This document shows, in pieces, positions 24,953-37,579 of a stretch of DNA of 64,000 nt. Below the pieces are notes generated by a model, which saw only the letters and a list, made by a program, of their open reading frames with translations, was not told the DNA's origin and did no database searches. This stretch comes from Octopus vulgaris (taxonomy: Eukaryota): contig OX597821.1 of the NCBI GenBank assembly GCA_951406725.2, positions 90,582,001-90,646,000 on the forward strand. The letters are read 5' to 3'. Made by a program: the position numbers and the translations under genes. Positions within the stretch are counted from its first letter, which is position 1. Each line of letters starts with the position of its first letter.

Positions 24953-25069
24953 TGTGATTGTGTGTTTCTGTGTATGATTGTGTGTATGTGTAAATTTACG
25001 CTTAAACACACATAGACACAGACATTTGGCTGGCTAGCTAGATATAAAACAAGTTATTTACAGAGACTC

Positions 25070-25460
<391 letters not shown>

Positions 25461-25732
25461 ATGCAAAAGTAGGTTTCATACTAAGTAGAACATTCTTTTG
25501 ATGGATGAGATTTGAGTGGAGGTTTCTCAGAAAAATTTTTTTATTGCAAATCACATCCCTATGAAAAAATATACTATTTAGCATGAAGCTTAATTTATGG
25601 AAAACTAGTAATATTTATCTCCTTTATTATAACAAGTTTATTCACACAATGAAATGTATTGATTGCTTGCATTTTCCATATGAAACAACTCAGAAATATA
25701 CACACATAGAAACACACACACTCACATATATA

Positions 25733-25778
<46 letters not shown>

Positions 25779-25796
25779 CACACACACATATATGTA

Positions 25797-25830
<34 letters not shown>

Positions 25831-25851
25831 ATGTATATATATATATATATA

Positions 25852-25883
<32 letters not shown>

Positions 25884-26075
25884 GGGTGTATATGTGTATT
25901 TATCCACACTCACACACATCTTTTTTTATGAGTATGGATAAATATACAGAGATATATAGATAAGTGTATGTAAAATACATCTATTAAAGCTGATATATAT
26001 AGATATATATATATTTATTTATATACATTTGGTGATGCAAACAGAATAAATAGAATTCAGATCATTAGTATATAT

Positions 26076-26484
26076 TCTTTAATTCTCTTATTTGTTTCAA
26101 TAATTTGACTGTGGCCATGCTGGAGCATTGCCTTTAGTTGAACAAATCAACCCCCAGGAATTATTCTTTGTATGCCTAGTATTTATTCAATCAGTTTCTT
26201 TTGCCAAACTGCTGAGCTATGGGGGCATAAACACACCAACATTGGTTGTCAAGCGATGGTGCATGGACAAACACAGACACACAAACACACATACACATAT
26301 ATATGTATATGTATATATATACGACGTGTTTCTTTCAGTTTCCATCTACCAAATCCACTCACAAGGCTTTGGTCAGCCTGAGGCTATAGTAGAAGACACT
26401 TGCCTAAGTTGCCATGCAATGGGACTGAACCTGGAACCATGTGGTTGGTAAGCAAGCTATTTACTATACAGTGACTTCTGTACC
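26076..26484 (-). mobile_element. SINE family A (diverged)
   Basis: Both halves present. Confidence 0.85.
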
Positions 26485-26704
26485 TATATATATGTTTTTT
26501 ATTGATAATTAATAAACATTACAGAGTGACACAAGAGCTGAGAGTTTCATGGGTTGATAAGTGCCAATGCATGAACTCTCAGTTCTTGAGTCAGTTCAGC
26601 TGATTATTAATTAACTTCATAATTAATTAAATAGCATATTCATTTAAACATTATCGACAATATTTACGCAATGTATGTGATTAGACTGTTTGTCAGTAGA
26701 CTGG

Positions 26705-26858
26705 GATTTAACATGGTGGGGATGACTCCTTCAAAATGCCTTGTGTTAAAACACCTGAAAATCACAGACAGGTAAGACAACTTAACCTAGATCCCATTCA
26801 AGAGTAATGGACATCAATGTTTCACCATTTTTGTGGCTTATCAACATCACATACCCGA
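26705..26858 (-). mobile_element. Hammerhead-bearing short repeat family, copy 3
   Basis: Homologous to 20158-20312. Confidence 0.6.
26804..26850 (-). ncRNA. Type I hammerhead ribozyme (U3-A8 core)
   Basis: GUGAUG-UUGAUAA-GCC(ACAAAAAU)GGU-GAAA-CAUUGAUG-UC-CAUUAC. Confidence 0.75.
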
Positions 26859-27343
26859 GCTGAATTCATACATGCACAGAATATACAGATACAATACCAA
26901 TATTCCACTGAACTTTTTAATAATTCCTTCTGGAAACAACTTTAATATTTTCTTGAGAATGTATATTGATGTTGGAATCTTTTATGCCCAATATTTTCCT
27001 GAACTTGTTAAACTTGTTTTTGTTACCAACGACTGTATATATGTATTGGAGCATTTTGTGACAACCAATAATTAACGCAACCAAACTTCTACATGTTACT
27101 TTTGACAATCTTTTTCTAAAGAGGGAAACCGGTAAAGTAAATAAACATCTAATAAAATTGCATTTTCAAACCTTCTTTTGTATATAATTCCACTCGTGTG
27201 GTACCTTACAATTCCACTTTGTTATATATATATATATATTCATAAATGAGGGTGAAAAATTAGATATTAATTTAATAATACCATCAGTTTAACACCAAGT
27301 GGCCTAGCACGTAAAAAACCAGGGAGACAATACATATTTATAC

Positions 27344-27381
<38 letters not shown>

Positions 27382-27509
27382 ATATTGTATAGAGGGCATT
27401 ATTACACATAAATGCCTCACACTAGGAGGGACAAAGTCATTCCTACCAAAATTATACTAATCATACCCAAATGCAGTTTTTCAAAGCAAGACATTTAAAA
27501 AATGAATTT

Positions 27510-27567
27510 AGTTCTGTATCACCGTGATTTCACATTCAACTTACGTCTAATGATCGTCAGCAGAACT
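27510..27567 (-). ncRNA. Type I hammerhead ribozyme
   Basis: AGUUCUG-CUGACGA-UCAUU...AAUGU-GAAA-UCACGGUGA-UA-CAGAACU; 7-bp stem I; lies in a TA-flanked segment (~27380-27755). Confidence 0.8.
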
Positions 27568-27753
27568 GATTCTGAACACATCATAAATAAACTACCAACC
27601 TTACGTAGCGAAGACGAACAGACAACTGCTCACTCCGGCCAAGCACATGGAATGTTTATAAATCATATATCCGGTAAATGGCGGGCTTTTCACGAACTGC
27701 ATGTCGGGTAATGAAAAGTATTTCGGAATAAGTTTAACAATTAAGGATAATTA

Positions 27754-27804
<51 letters not shown>

Positions 27805-27960
27805 CTCACAGAGTGGTTGGCGTTAGGAAGGGCATCCAGCTGTAGAAACACTGCCAGATCAGACATGAGCCTTCTGGCTTCCCAGATTCCCGGTTGAACC
27901 GTCCAACCCATGCTAGCATGGAGAACGGACGTTAAATGATGATGATGATGATGATGATGA

Positions 27961-27964
<4 letters not shown>
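27805..27964 (+). mobile_element. RTE 3' tail
   Basis: TTGGCGTTAGGAAGGGCATCC...(GAT)n between (TA)n tracts. Confidence 0.85.
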
Positions 27965-28000
<36 letters not shown>

Positions 28001-28269
28001 ATATATACATATATATATTCGAAATGCAGTCACTTCCACTGCTGCTGCTACTACCACTACAGCCTATGAACTACTGCTACAACTCCAACCACCGCCACCA
28101 CTATTACTACTATGACCATTGGTCACTTTCACGATAACAGCCAACGATTCTAGTCAATGCACAAGACAGCCATTATGCTCCCCCCACCACAAAACACCAC
28201 CACGTGGACTCTGTTGAGACTAGTAAGAAACAATTAGAAACTTTTTTATTACGCTTAACTTTTTAAAAT

Positions 28270-28316
28270 ATTTTTGATAAGGTTTGTTTTTCTAGAAGAA
28301 TCGAAACATGTAAAAT
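28270..28316 (+). ncRNA. Minimal hammerhead-like motif (U3-A8 core)
   Basis: AUUU-UUGAUAA-GGUUU...GAAUC-GAAA-CAUG-UA-AAAU. Confidence 0.6.
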
Positions 28317-28361
28317 CTCTAAGAAAATTAATATTCATCTTATATAGTGGTTTTTCCAACT

Positions 28362-28410
<49 letters not shown>

Positions 28411-28453
28411 AATATATATATATCAAAATAAGCAACAAGGATATCCAGAGGTA

Positions 28454-28541
28454 ATGCACTATGATCGTTTCAAGCAACTCTATTTAATTGAACAATGCAA
28501 TCATTACATCAATTTAAATGCAGAGCAATCCTCAGCTGCAT
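28454..28541 (-). ncRNA. Decayed hammerhead with extended stem II
   Basis: AUGCAG-CUGAGGA...GAAA-CGAUCA-UA-GUGCAU. Confidence 0.55.
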
Positions 28542-28689
28542 AAAGTCATAGAATTAAATTAAATTAAAACAGATGGACACATTAGTATAATTTTGCTTAA
28601 AACCTCCAAGAAGGTAAGGAGATAGACAAAGAACATGCTGTCTTCCCTTCAGCTTAGAAGCTACAGTAGCTTGTATGCCTGTATGCAAG

Positions 28690-29340
28690 GACAACCATGC
28701 TGTTTCTTAGCTAGACATGTCTTCTCATGTACGTACCTACATAGATACAAACATACATAGTTGCAAAAACAATATACAATGCTAGTCAGAAGAAAGACTC
28801 TCCTGGAATAAATATACAGAATTACTCTGTTATTGAATATGTAAACAAATAACAACACAAGAAACACTGGTGGAACATTCCCATCAAAACAGCTGTTGTG
28901 AGTAAACATAACAGGGTGGATACTGTTGTTTGAAACACACAAAGAAGGTATATACTATCATAGAGGTCAGTGTTTCTGCTGATCTGAATATCTCTTTGGA
29001 AACCAAAGAGAAAGAGCATAATTATGGACAACTGCCTTGAAACTTTCTGCCTCTATATCCAAATTACAAATTCACATTATTGGTTCACTTTTTTTGTGAA
29101 TAAATGCTGAAGTAACAATCTGGATGAACTAGGGTTTTCAGAAAAATACATCAACCAAATAACTTATACATTACAAAACAATCTGTAAGTGAAACAGTGA
29201 AAATATGCAAGACTTTACTCAAGTTTAAAATGTGATTTTTTTTTTTTTTTTTTGTTATTTACTTTCCAGTGATGAAGTATTGCATCTTTGTTAAAAACCA
29301 GCTTCTTCCTCAAAGGAAGAACTGAAACAGAAAAGAACAT
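28690..29340 (+). mobile_element. R4/Dong-like non-LTR retrotransposon remnant (RLE domain)
   Basis: IVAKTIYN...KHWWNIPIKTAVVSKHNRVD...IIEVSVSADLNISLETKEKEHNYGQL...TVKICKTLLKFKM*, with stops and frameshifts; homologous to 59450-59851. Confidence 0.8.
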
Positions 29341-29934
29341 ACATATATTCATACAACCATCCATTTATATGTATACTCATAGATATATAAAGGCAGATAG
29401 ATCATAACAATTTACAGTTATATCTATTGCTAACTAAATAGTGGTTTATTAGCAGACCACACACATTTACCAAACTATTCAATTACAAATTTTTGCCATT
29501 TTCCAGTAAAACCACGACTGCTTAACAATGGACATTTCACTGTCTTACTGTACTGATCAGAGAGTCAATAGATGAACACACTCGATAAATAGAGTAGAGC
29601 CATTCCTTACAAAGTTTTTTGTCTCATACATGTCTAGTGTAATCAGCACTTGTATATAATCCTATAGAGCACCACGTACCAGAGACAAAATGTCTGGCCC
29701 AGTCTAAGCTGCTGAGACTTCTGAAAGCAACGATTTTCTTAGCTTTTTGCATCATTTAATTTTTAGACAAAACATACATACATATATATATAGATGAATT
29801 TGTGTGTCTGTGATTGTGTATGTATGTTTGTGTGTATATATCTGTGTGTATATGATTTTATGAATGTATATGTGTGTGTATATATATATATATACACACA
29901 CACATATAGAGACACCTGAATTTATGTATGTATG

Positions 29935-30001
<67 letters not shown>

Positions 30002-30005
<4 letters not shown>

Positions 30006-30866
30006 TCATCATCATCATCATCGTTTAGCATCCGTTTTCCATGCTAGCATGGGTTGGACGGTTCTACTGGGGTCTGTGAAGCCAGAAGGCTTCATCAGGC
30101 CCAGTCAAATCTGGCAGTGTTTCTACGGCTGGATGCCCTTCCTAACGCCAACCACTCCGTGAGTGTAGTGGGTGCTTTTTGCGTGCCACCCGCACTGGTG
30201 CCAGACAGAGCTGGCAAACGGCCACGAACGGATGGTGCTTTTTATGTGCCACCGGCACGAGGGCCAGGCGAGGCTGGCAACGGACACGAAACGGGGCGGT
30301 GCTGGCAACGGTCGTGAAACGGAAAGTTCTCTTACATGCCACCGGCACTGGTAACACATCTGCAATTTCCATTGATCGATTTCCATTGATCGATTTCGAT
30401 TCTGATCGTCACTTGCCTCAACGGGTCTTCACAAGCAGAGTTTTGACATGCCACCGGCACTGGTAGCACATCCGCAATTTCCATTGATCGATTTCGATTC
30501 TGATCCTCACTTGCCTCATCACGTCTTCACAAGTAGAGTTTTGTGTCCCAAGAAGGGAAGGTATGCATACGTAGGCTGGCTCCATCCCATGTAGAAGGCC
30601 ACGGGTTATGGACTCACTTGTCCTGCCGGGTCTTCTCGCGCACAGCACACTTCCAGAGGTCTCGGTCTCTAGTCATTTCCTCAGTGAGACCTGAAGTTCG
30701 AAGGTCGTGCTTCACCACCTCGTCCCAGGTTTTCCTGGGTCTGCCTCTTCCACAGGTTCCCTCAACCGCTAGGGTGTGGCACTTTTTCACACAACTATCT
30801 TCATCCATTCTCGCCACATGACCATACCAGCGCAAACGTCTCTCTTGCACACCACAACTGATGCTT

Positions 30867-30867
<1 letters not shown>
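30002..30867 (-). mobile_element. 5'-truncated RTE-clade LINE
   Basis: VQERRLRWYGHVARMDEDSCVKKC...GRGRPRKTWDEVVKHDL...DRDLWK (RTE C-terminus), modular 3' UTR, (GAT)n tail. Confidence 0.92.
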
Positions 30868-30899
<32 letters not shown>

Positions 30900-30902
<3 letters not shown>

Positions 30903-31195
30903 AGTGGCTGTGTGGTAAGTAGCTTGCTTACCAACCACATGGTTCCGGGTACGTTCCCACTGTGTGACAAGTATCTTCTACTATAGCCTCGGGATATGGT
31001 AGACGGAAACTAAAAGAAGCCCGTCGTATATATGTATATATGTGTGTGTGTGTGTATATGTTTGTGTGTCTGTGCTTGTCCCCCCAACATCGCTTGACAA
31101 CTGATGCTGGTGTGTTTACATATTGTAACTTAGCTGTTTAGTAAAAAAGACCTATAGAATAGGTACTAGGCTTACAAAGAATAAGTCCTGGGGTC
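30900..31195 (+). mobile_element. SINE family A (internally deleted, 3' truncated)
   Basis: Family A head and body. Confidence 0.8.
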
Positions 31196-31224
31196 TTATT
31201 GATAGATGGATAGATAGATATATG

Positions 31225-31572
31225 CTGAGCTGCTGCTGAGACCCCCTTCGGTCATGACTGACCATGGGATTGCTCCTAGAAAGTTACCCTCCCAGGCACA
31301 AGTCCAGGCAGGGTTGTTTATAGAAACCAGCTGTGGCCCATTTATACCGGCTTCCCCTGTCCACACCACCGATGTTCCCCAAGGGAAAGGCAAAGGAGCC
31401 GATACAGCTTGGCACCAGTGACGTCACAACTCATTTCTACAGCTTAGTGAACTGGAACAGTATGAAATAAAGTGTCTAGCTCAAGAACACAACACACAGT
31501 GCAGTCCAGGATTCGAACTCACAACCCCATGATTGTAAGCTCGACGCTCTAACCACTGAGCAATGCATCTTC
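31225..31572 (-). mobile_element. SINE family C variant with a different 3' module
   Basis: GCTCAGTGGTTAGAGC, GAGTTCGAATCC (B-box), GTGTTCTTGAGCTAGACACTTTATTTCA as in the 9761 copy; short (CAG)n tail. Confidence 0.75.
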
Positions 31573-31584
31573 ACAGATAGATAA

Positions 31585-31635
<51 letters not shown>

Positions 31636-31657
31636 TAGATAGATAGCTGGATAGATT

Positions 31658-31721
<64 letters not shown>

Positions 31722-31749
31722 TATTGATTGATATATACATTGATAGATA

Positions 31750-32279
31750 TGTTTCTTTATTAGCCACACAGGGCTGCACACAGACAGAACAAATTACAAG
31801 GTAGAGCTTTTCTTTTGGGGGTAAAAAAAAAGGGGGTTGGTTTTCGATCAAAAGGGATTGTAAAAGGAAAGAAAGAGGACAAAAAAAGGGGAGGATTTTA
31901 AAAAAAGGGGGGGAGAGGAAAATAAAAAGGAAAGGGGAGAGGAAAAAAAATTGATCAATAGGGATCGTAATCACAGAAATGTCAATATGAAGTGTAAAGA
32001 GGAGGACAGGTGAGGTTTACCCGTGGAAAGAAAAGCCTACAGAAAAGACCACGGTAACCTCGGTCAATGAAGTCACATGTTATATTTCTTTTTTTTTTTT
32101 TTGCAAATAAGCAACTCTCTGTATTAATTTTTACGGTTCATAGAATCATAGTCAAGGTGGCTTCGTCATTGATATGTGCCATCCTTGCTACATTCACCCA
32201 TCTTTTTTTAAAACATTCACTAGACAAAACTTGCCTCTCTACTCTCACTTTCCTTTTCAAGTGATACTTGAAGAAGTTG
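31750..32279 (-). mobile_element. L1/Tx1-like LINE 3' end with 24-bp TSD, inside (GATA)n
   Basis: FFKYHLKRKVRVERQVLS...FKKRWVNVARM homology to the 18858 copy; GATTGATATATACATTGATAGATA at 31726-31749 and 32280-32303. Confidence 0.75.
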
Positions 32280-32313
32280 GATTGATATATACATTGATAG
32301 ATAGATAAATAGG

Positions 32314-32374
<61 letters not shown>

Positions 32375-32478
32375 GTTGCAAATAAATAATAGAAGGATGA
32401 GCTTTTATCCAATTTTTTAACTGTTCATGATGACATCTAAAATATTTATAGGTTTAGTCATGTGCATTTGTTTTCTAA

Positions 32479-32569
32479 GTCCCTGTTGAGCTGGGACCCA
32501 CATTGCCTTTTGCTCTGTGTTACATTAATGAAATTAATAATGAAATGGAAAACCCGTTTAGGTTCGGAC
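32479..32569 (+). ncRNA. Decayed hammerhead-like motif
   Basis: GUCC-CUGUUGA...GAAA-ACC(CGUUUA)GGU-UC-GGAC; A6 mutated and stem II poor. Confidence 0.45.
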
Positions 32570-32883
32570 GAATGCACTCAGCTCTGTAAGGAATTGAGCT
32601 CTTTGTTTTTTTGCTGTAGTGTTTTCTTTTGTTTGTTTTGTTAGAATATGGTGTCTATATTTGTTTTGTCACTGGACTGCGATGATCCAGAAGATGTAAA
32701 ATCAAGCCCTCAGCTCTGACCATGCTTCCTCTTGTTTTTCTGTAAATCAAGTCTACTTAGAAACAGGTTAAACAACTGGACTCCATTCTGGTCTTCACCT
32801 TTGTAATCTCACAACGTATGTATGTATGTATGTATGTATGTATGTATGTATGTATGTATGTATGTATGTACGTTTTGCTCTCG

Positions 32884-32963
<80 letters not shown>

Positions 32964-33278
32964 TATATACAGGCCAAAAGTCACCTGACAGTAAATGGTG
33001 CTCCTTATATGTCATCAACACAGATGCTTCTTACATGGCATTAGCACCAGCAGGGTCACCAAGTAGCTAACAAGACAAAGACCCCTTAGTTAAGTGAGGG
33101 AGTGGAACCAAGGGAAGTGGCTGTGTGCTAGGTCAGAGGTTAGAGTATAATAGAAGGACAGAGATAGTTGTCTTACTATAGAGAAGATACTTGGCTTCTC
33201 CAGTAGGACAAGAAAGGAGATGGAAGGTGGGAGAGAGTTAATGAGAAAGATGGAGACAGAGTCAGAATGAGAGAGAGC

Positions 33279-33330
<52 letters not shown>

Positions 33331-34443
33331 GTTGGTGTTGGACATGTACTGGGGCTTGCCCACAAGGAACAGTGATGAGAAGTTTATGTAGAACAGAGGG
33401 AATAGAAGGAGATGGTCCATAGGAACATCTCCCTGGGGCTATGTTTAGAAATGGGGAAGAAACGACTGTAGCAAGTGGTGAGAGAAACTGGAGTGGCTAG
33501 TAAGGCAGATATGTATGCCTGTATGTATGTGTGTGCATGTATGTATGTATGTATTTATGTATGTATGTATGTATGTATGTATGTATGTATGTATGTATGT
33601 ATGTACGTGTATGTATGTATATATGCATATATATGTATGAATGTATGTGTGTAGGTGTATATATGTGAGAGCACAAACACGTGAAAATTTGTGCATGCTT
33701 GTATATGTATGATGACATATTGCCCAGAAACATGATTTTTACAGTAATTTTCACTCTATATATATTGTAATCAATAATTGTTTATAGTTTATGTATGTAT
33801 ATTGTATTATTTGTTAATATGAGTTTATATTTTGTTATTAATAGAACTTCCACATCACCTTGATGTAAATGCACCATCAGCTAGTTAGAATTATGTGGTA
33901 TTTCATTACACAGTGAATACCTTTATCTGGACAAGAGAATCACCAATTTCACAGCACTGATTGCAAATCTAAGCAATTCTAACTCAGAATGATTGTATTA
34001 TCAACAAGAAAGCATCTTGGCTGTGCAGTTCTATTGAAGTGAAACAACTGATGACTTCAGTTTTTAGCCCAATAGCCAACTGAGTTAGACAAATATGATT
34101 CTCATCCTGATCAAAAAGCGTTAAACATTGACTCAAATCCTTCATGTTTTGTTGAGTATGAATCACATTTCTTCTTCCCTACTGCTCAGCTTGCCATCAA
34201 CTTTTCAGGCTGCTGCTCTCTTATAATATGTAATGACATTATACTGATAAGTATTCAATGATAAAAAATACATCGATTTATAGCAGACGTGGAAGTTTTA
34301 AATTTACCTGTTTGTAATGAATTTTGTATAACATATAGATAAGACACACATATGAGTATATATATATTCAATGTGTCCAATGACTTGCCAGTATGTGATT
34401 TCAAATTCAACTGGAGCATTTTTGTTTAAACATTTTGCAATAT

Positions 34444-34991
34444 GTAAAGTATACTAGCCATCTCAATATGGCTAACCACTAAGGGTGGGTGTTACTGTAG
34501 CTTTTAGCCCCAGGAGATCATCACCTCCAGCTGGGTTTAGGCACACTTTCTGTGCCCTTATGATATTTGCAAAGGGAGGTCATCCCTCTCTCGTAAACCT
34601 AAGTGATACTCACAGACTGCAGTTTCGAGGTATTTGCCTCTTGTCAACGTACGGTAATCACCGGTTTTCGATGAAGAGAGACCTGTTTGCGAATATCTAT
34701 TTAATGTTTTTCCCAGTAACCACTGTCACTGATTTCGAAAAACTGTCTGAAAGCAATAATAAATCTCTGAACGAGATGTAAACAGTAACTGCTCGACAAC
34801 GTAAAGTATACTAGCCATCTCAATATCATAAGGGCACAGAAAGTGTGTCTAAAGCCAGCTGGAGACGATGATCTCCTGGGGCTGAAAGCTACAGTAACAC
34901 CCACTCTTAGTGGTTAGCTATATTGAGACGGCTAGTATACTTTACGTTGTCGAGCGGTTACTGTTTACATCTCGTTCAGAGATTTATTATT
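34444..34991. mobile_element. Retrozyme/PLE-like element: 357-bp permuted unit plus inverted partial copy
   Basis: GTAAAGTATACTAGCCATCTCAATAT at 34444 and 34801; 34822-34991 is the reverse complement of the unit junction. Confidence 0.8.
34603..34661 (-). ncRNA. Type I hammerhead ribozyme (U3-A8 core)
   Basis: GUGAU..GUACG-UUGACAA-GAGG(CAAAUA)CCUC-GAAA-CUGCAG-UC-UGUG..AUCAC. Confidence 0.8.
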
Positions 34992-35016
34992 TTGTAATAT
35001 GTTTTACACTTAATAA

Positions 35017-35267
35017 GTGTCTGGGGAGAGTCATTCTCTTTTAGTGCCTTATTATTTAACACACTCACCAGTAAAATTTCCACTTATTTCTTATTTTTAT
35101 TTTCTAAAATTTTCGTTGCGTCTTGCAAGATGCAACAAAAATTTGTGAAATGAGATGCAACCACTTTTAAAAAATTTTAGAAAATAAAAATAACAAATAA
35201 GTGGAAATTTTACCGGTGAGTGTGTTAAATAATAAGGCACTAAAAGAGAATGACTCTCCCCAGACAC
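35017..35267. repeat. Palindrome of a PLE-like terminal repeat, with an insertion in the right arm
   Basis: Centre CTTG|CAAG at 35125/35126; ~109-bp arms; related sequence at 39700-39790 and 50670-50730. Confidence 0.85.
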
Positions 35268-36686
35268 AACAGAATATGCTTCAACACACGAACTCATATA
35301 AAGAATCTCGCAAACCAAATCCCAAAACGAAATATGTTAATAAGTGGTTTGGTGTAATAAATACAGGTCATCTTCTGTATTATAAATTTTTAACAGTGAA
35401 TCCATTTGTGTTACGTCTAGGATGTATTTGGTTAGGTGGCATCCAGGTAAACTGAAGGTCCAGTATACTGAAGGTTTCAAAGGTAAATTAATCAAGACAG
35501 TCAGTTGGGAAGTCAAGTTACAAACACACACACACACACACACACATGCATGCACTTACACAAACACACTCAGTATCACATATAAGGTGTGTAGTATATA
35601 AAGAAAGCATATTGGTCAAAAGCATTTTCACTGAAAGACTGACTGAGGAAAAAAACAGCAAAACATTTTAGTCAACATCAAATCTCTCAAAATCCATATT
35701 GATTGAATAATTGAAATACATCGAAACATAATATTGACTAATTTTTCTGAACAACTTATTCTAATTTTAAAACTAGAATAAATAATTTTAAAATTAAATA
35801 TATTTTTCCATTTATTTTCAGGCTATTTATTTTTATTTTTCCATCAGAAAATAAACGTAATTATGAGAAAAGAAACGTTTGCAAGGAAGGAAATCTCATT
35901 TATATCCAAGATTATATGCAATACCTCAAAGATAATAATAATCTATTTTCATAATCTACTGCAGCTATGTGAATTCTTTTCAAGAAAATAATACTTTTTA
36001 ACACTTTGGACATAATTGGAGTATCACTTTACAGAAAAGCTATCAGAGCATCACCAAGATATTATTCATTACATATAGCATCTAACACAGAATAAACATT
36101 TGAATGTGGTCTAACAATGGAGCCAGATTTTCTATGCCAGGTAGCAATATGATTATTTATAAGCTTCTCCTGGAGGGGATTGAAAAACTGTCTACCATAA
36201 CATTAACAATACTTTTGTCCAAGAACATCAACATCCTCTAAATTTTTTAAAAGTGGTTGCATCTCATTTCACAAATTTTCCTTTAGCTGAAAAGCATCCG
36301 GGAGATTATTTTGAGGAACAAATGCAAGCCCATTCACCATATGAGAAGATAAAGAAAAGTTTCCGTTTTATATTTATTGTACAGAGTAATGAGTCCAAGG
36401 TTCTAATTTTTTTTCTCTCTTCTTCCTCACAGATTGACAGAGGTGAAAAGAAATAAAAGTGGACACTAGTGTCAATTCTAAAGACACAAATGGTTGAAAT
36501 GTTATTTTACTTTTTCAGGCATTGACACAAAAACTAATAACAACAATTCTCCATTAACACTGAAATAGATGGTGTGTGTGTGTGTGTATATGCTTGTATG
36601 TGTGTGTGCGTGTGTGTGAGCGTGTGCATATACACACACATGAAAAATAACACGTACATACATACATATACATACATATATATATC

Positions 36687-36917
36687 AGGCGGCGAGCTGG
36701 CAGAAACGTTAGCACGCCGGGCGAAATGCTTTGCGGTATTTCGTCTGCTGCTACGTTCTGAGTTCAAATTCCACCGAGGTCGACTTTGCCTTTCATCCTT
36801 TCGGGGTCGATAAATTAAGTACCAGTTACGCACTGGGGTCGACGTAAATGACTTAATCCCTTTGTCTGTCCTTGTTTGTCCCCTCTGTGTTTAGCCTCTT
36901 GTGGGTAGTAAAGAAAT
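36687..36917 (+). mobile_element. SINE family B, single unit
   Basis: GGCGGCGAGCTGGCAGAAACG...GAGTTCAAATTCC...MetaSINE-like domain. Confidence 0.85.
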
Positions 36918-36936
36918 ACATATATATATCATATAT

Positions 36937-37318
36937 ATCATCATCATCATCATCGTTAAAGGTCCGTTTTCGATGCTAGCATGGGTTGGACATTTCGATC
37001 GGGGTCTGGGAAGCCAGGAGGCTGTGCCAGGCTCCAGTCTGATCTGGCAGTGTTTCTACAGCTGGATGTGCTTCCTAACTCCAACCACTCCATGAGTGTG
37101 GTGGGTGCTTTTTATGTGCCACCGGCATGGGTATCATAACTACAATTCCCATTTGATTTTTATTTTGATGTTGTTGTTGACATACTTGAGACTCAATAGG
37201 TCTCCTCAATAACAGCGGATCACCCTACGATCCAAGGTTAGCACAGCAGGCTGTCCTGCAAGCCATGAACTCACTTCATTTGTTGGGTCTTCACAGTCAC
37301 AGCATATCTCGGAGGTCT
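36937..37318 (-). mobile_element. RTE 3' end, diverged subfamily
   Basis: (ATC)n, shared tail, DLRDMLxLxRPNK-like ORF end. Confidence 0.75.
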
Positions 37319-37513
37319 ACACATATGTATATATGCATACATATGTTTATATATGTGTATATATATCTACATTCATAGACATATGACTAATTTTTTGTTG
37401 TGGGGATTTTTAGTTAAATCAACTTTTATTCTTGATTGCTGCATTATAGGGTTGTAAACATACCAACATCAGTTGTCAAGTAATGGTAGTGGGACAAACA
37501 CAGACACACAAAC

Positions 37514-37579
<66 letters not shown>

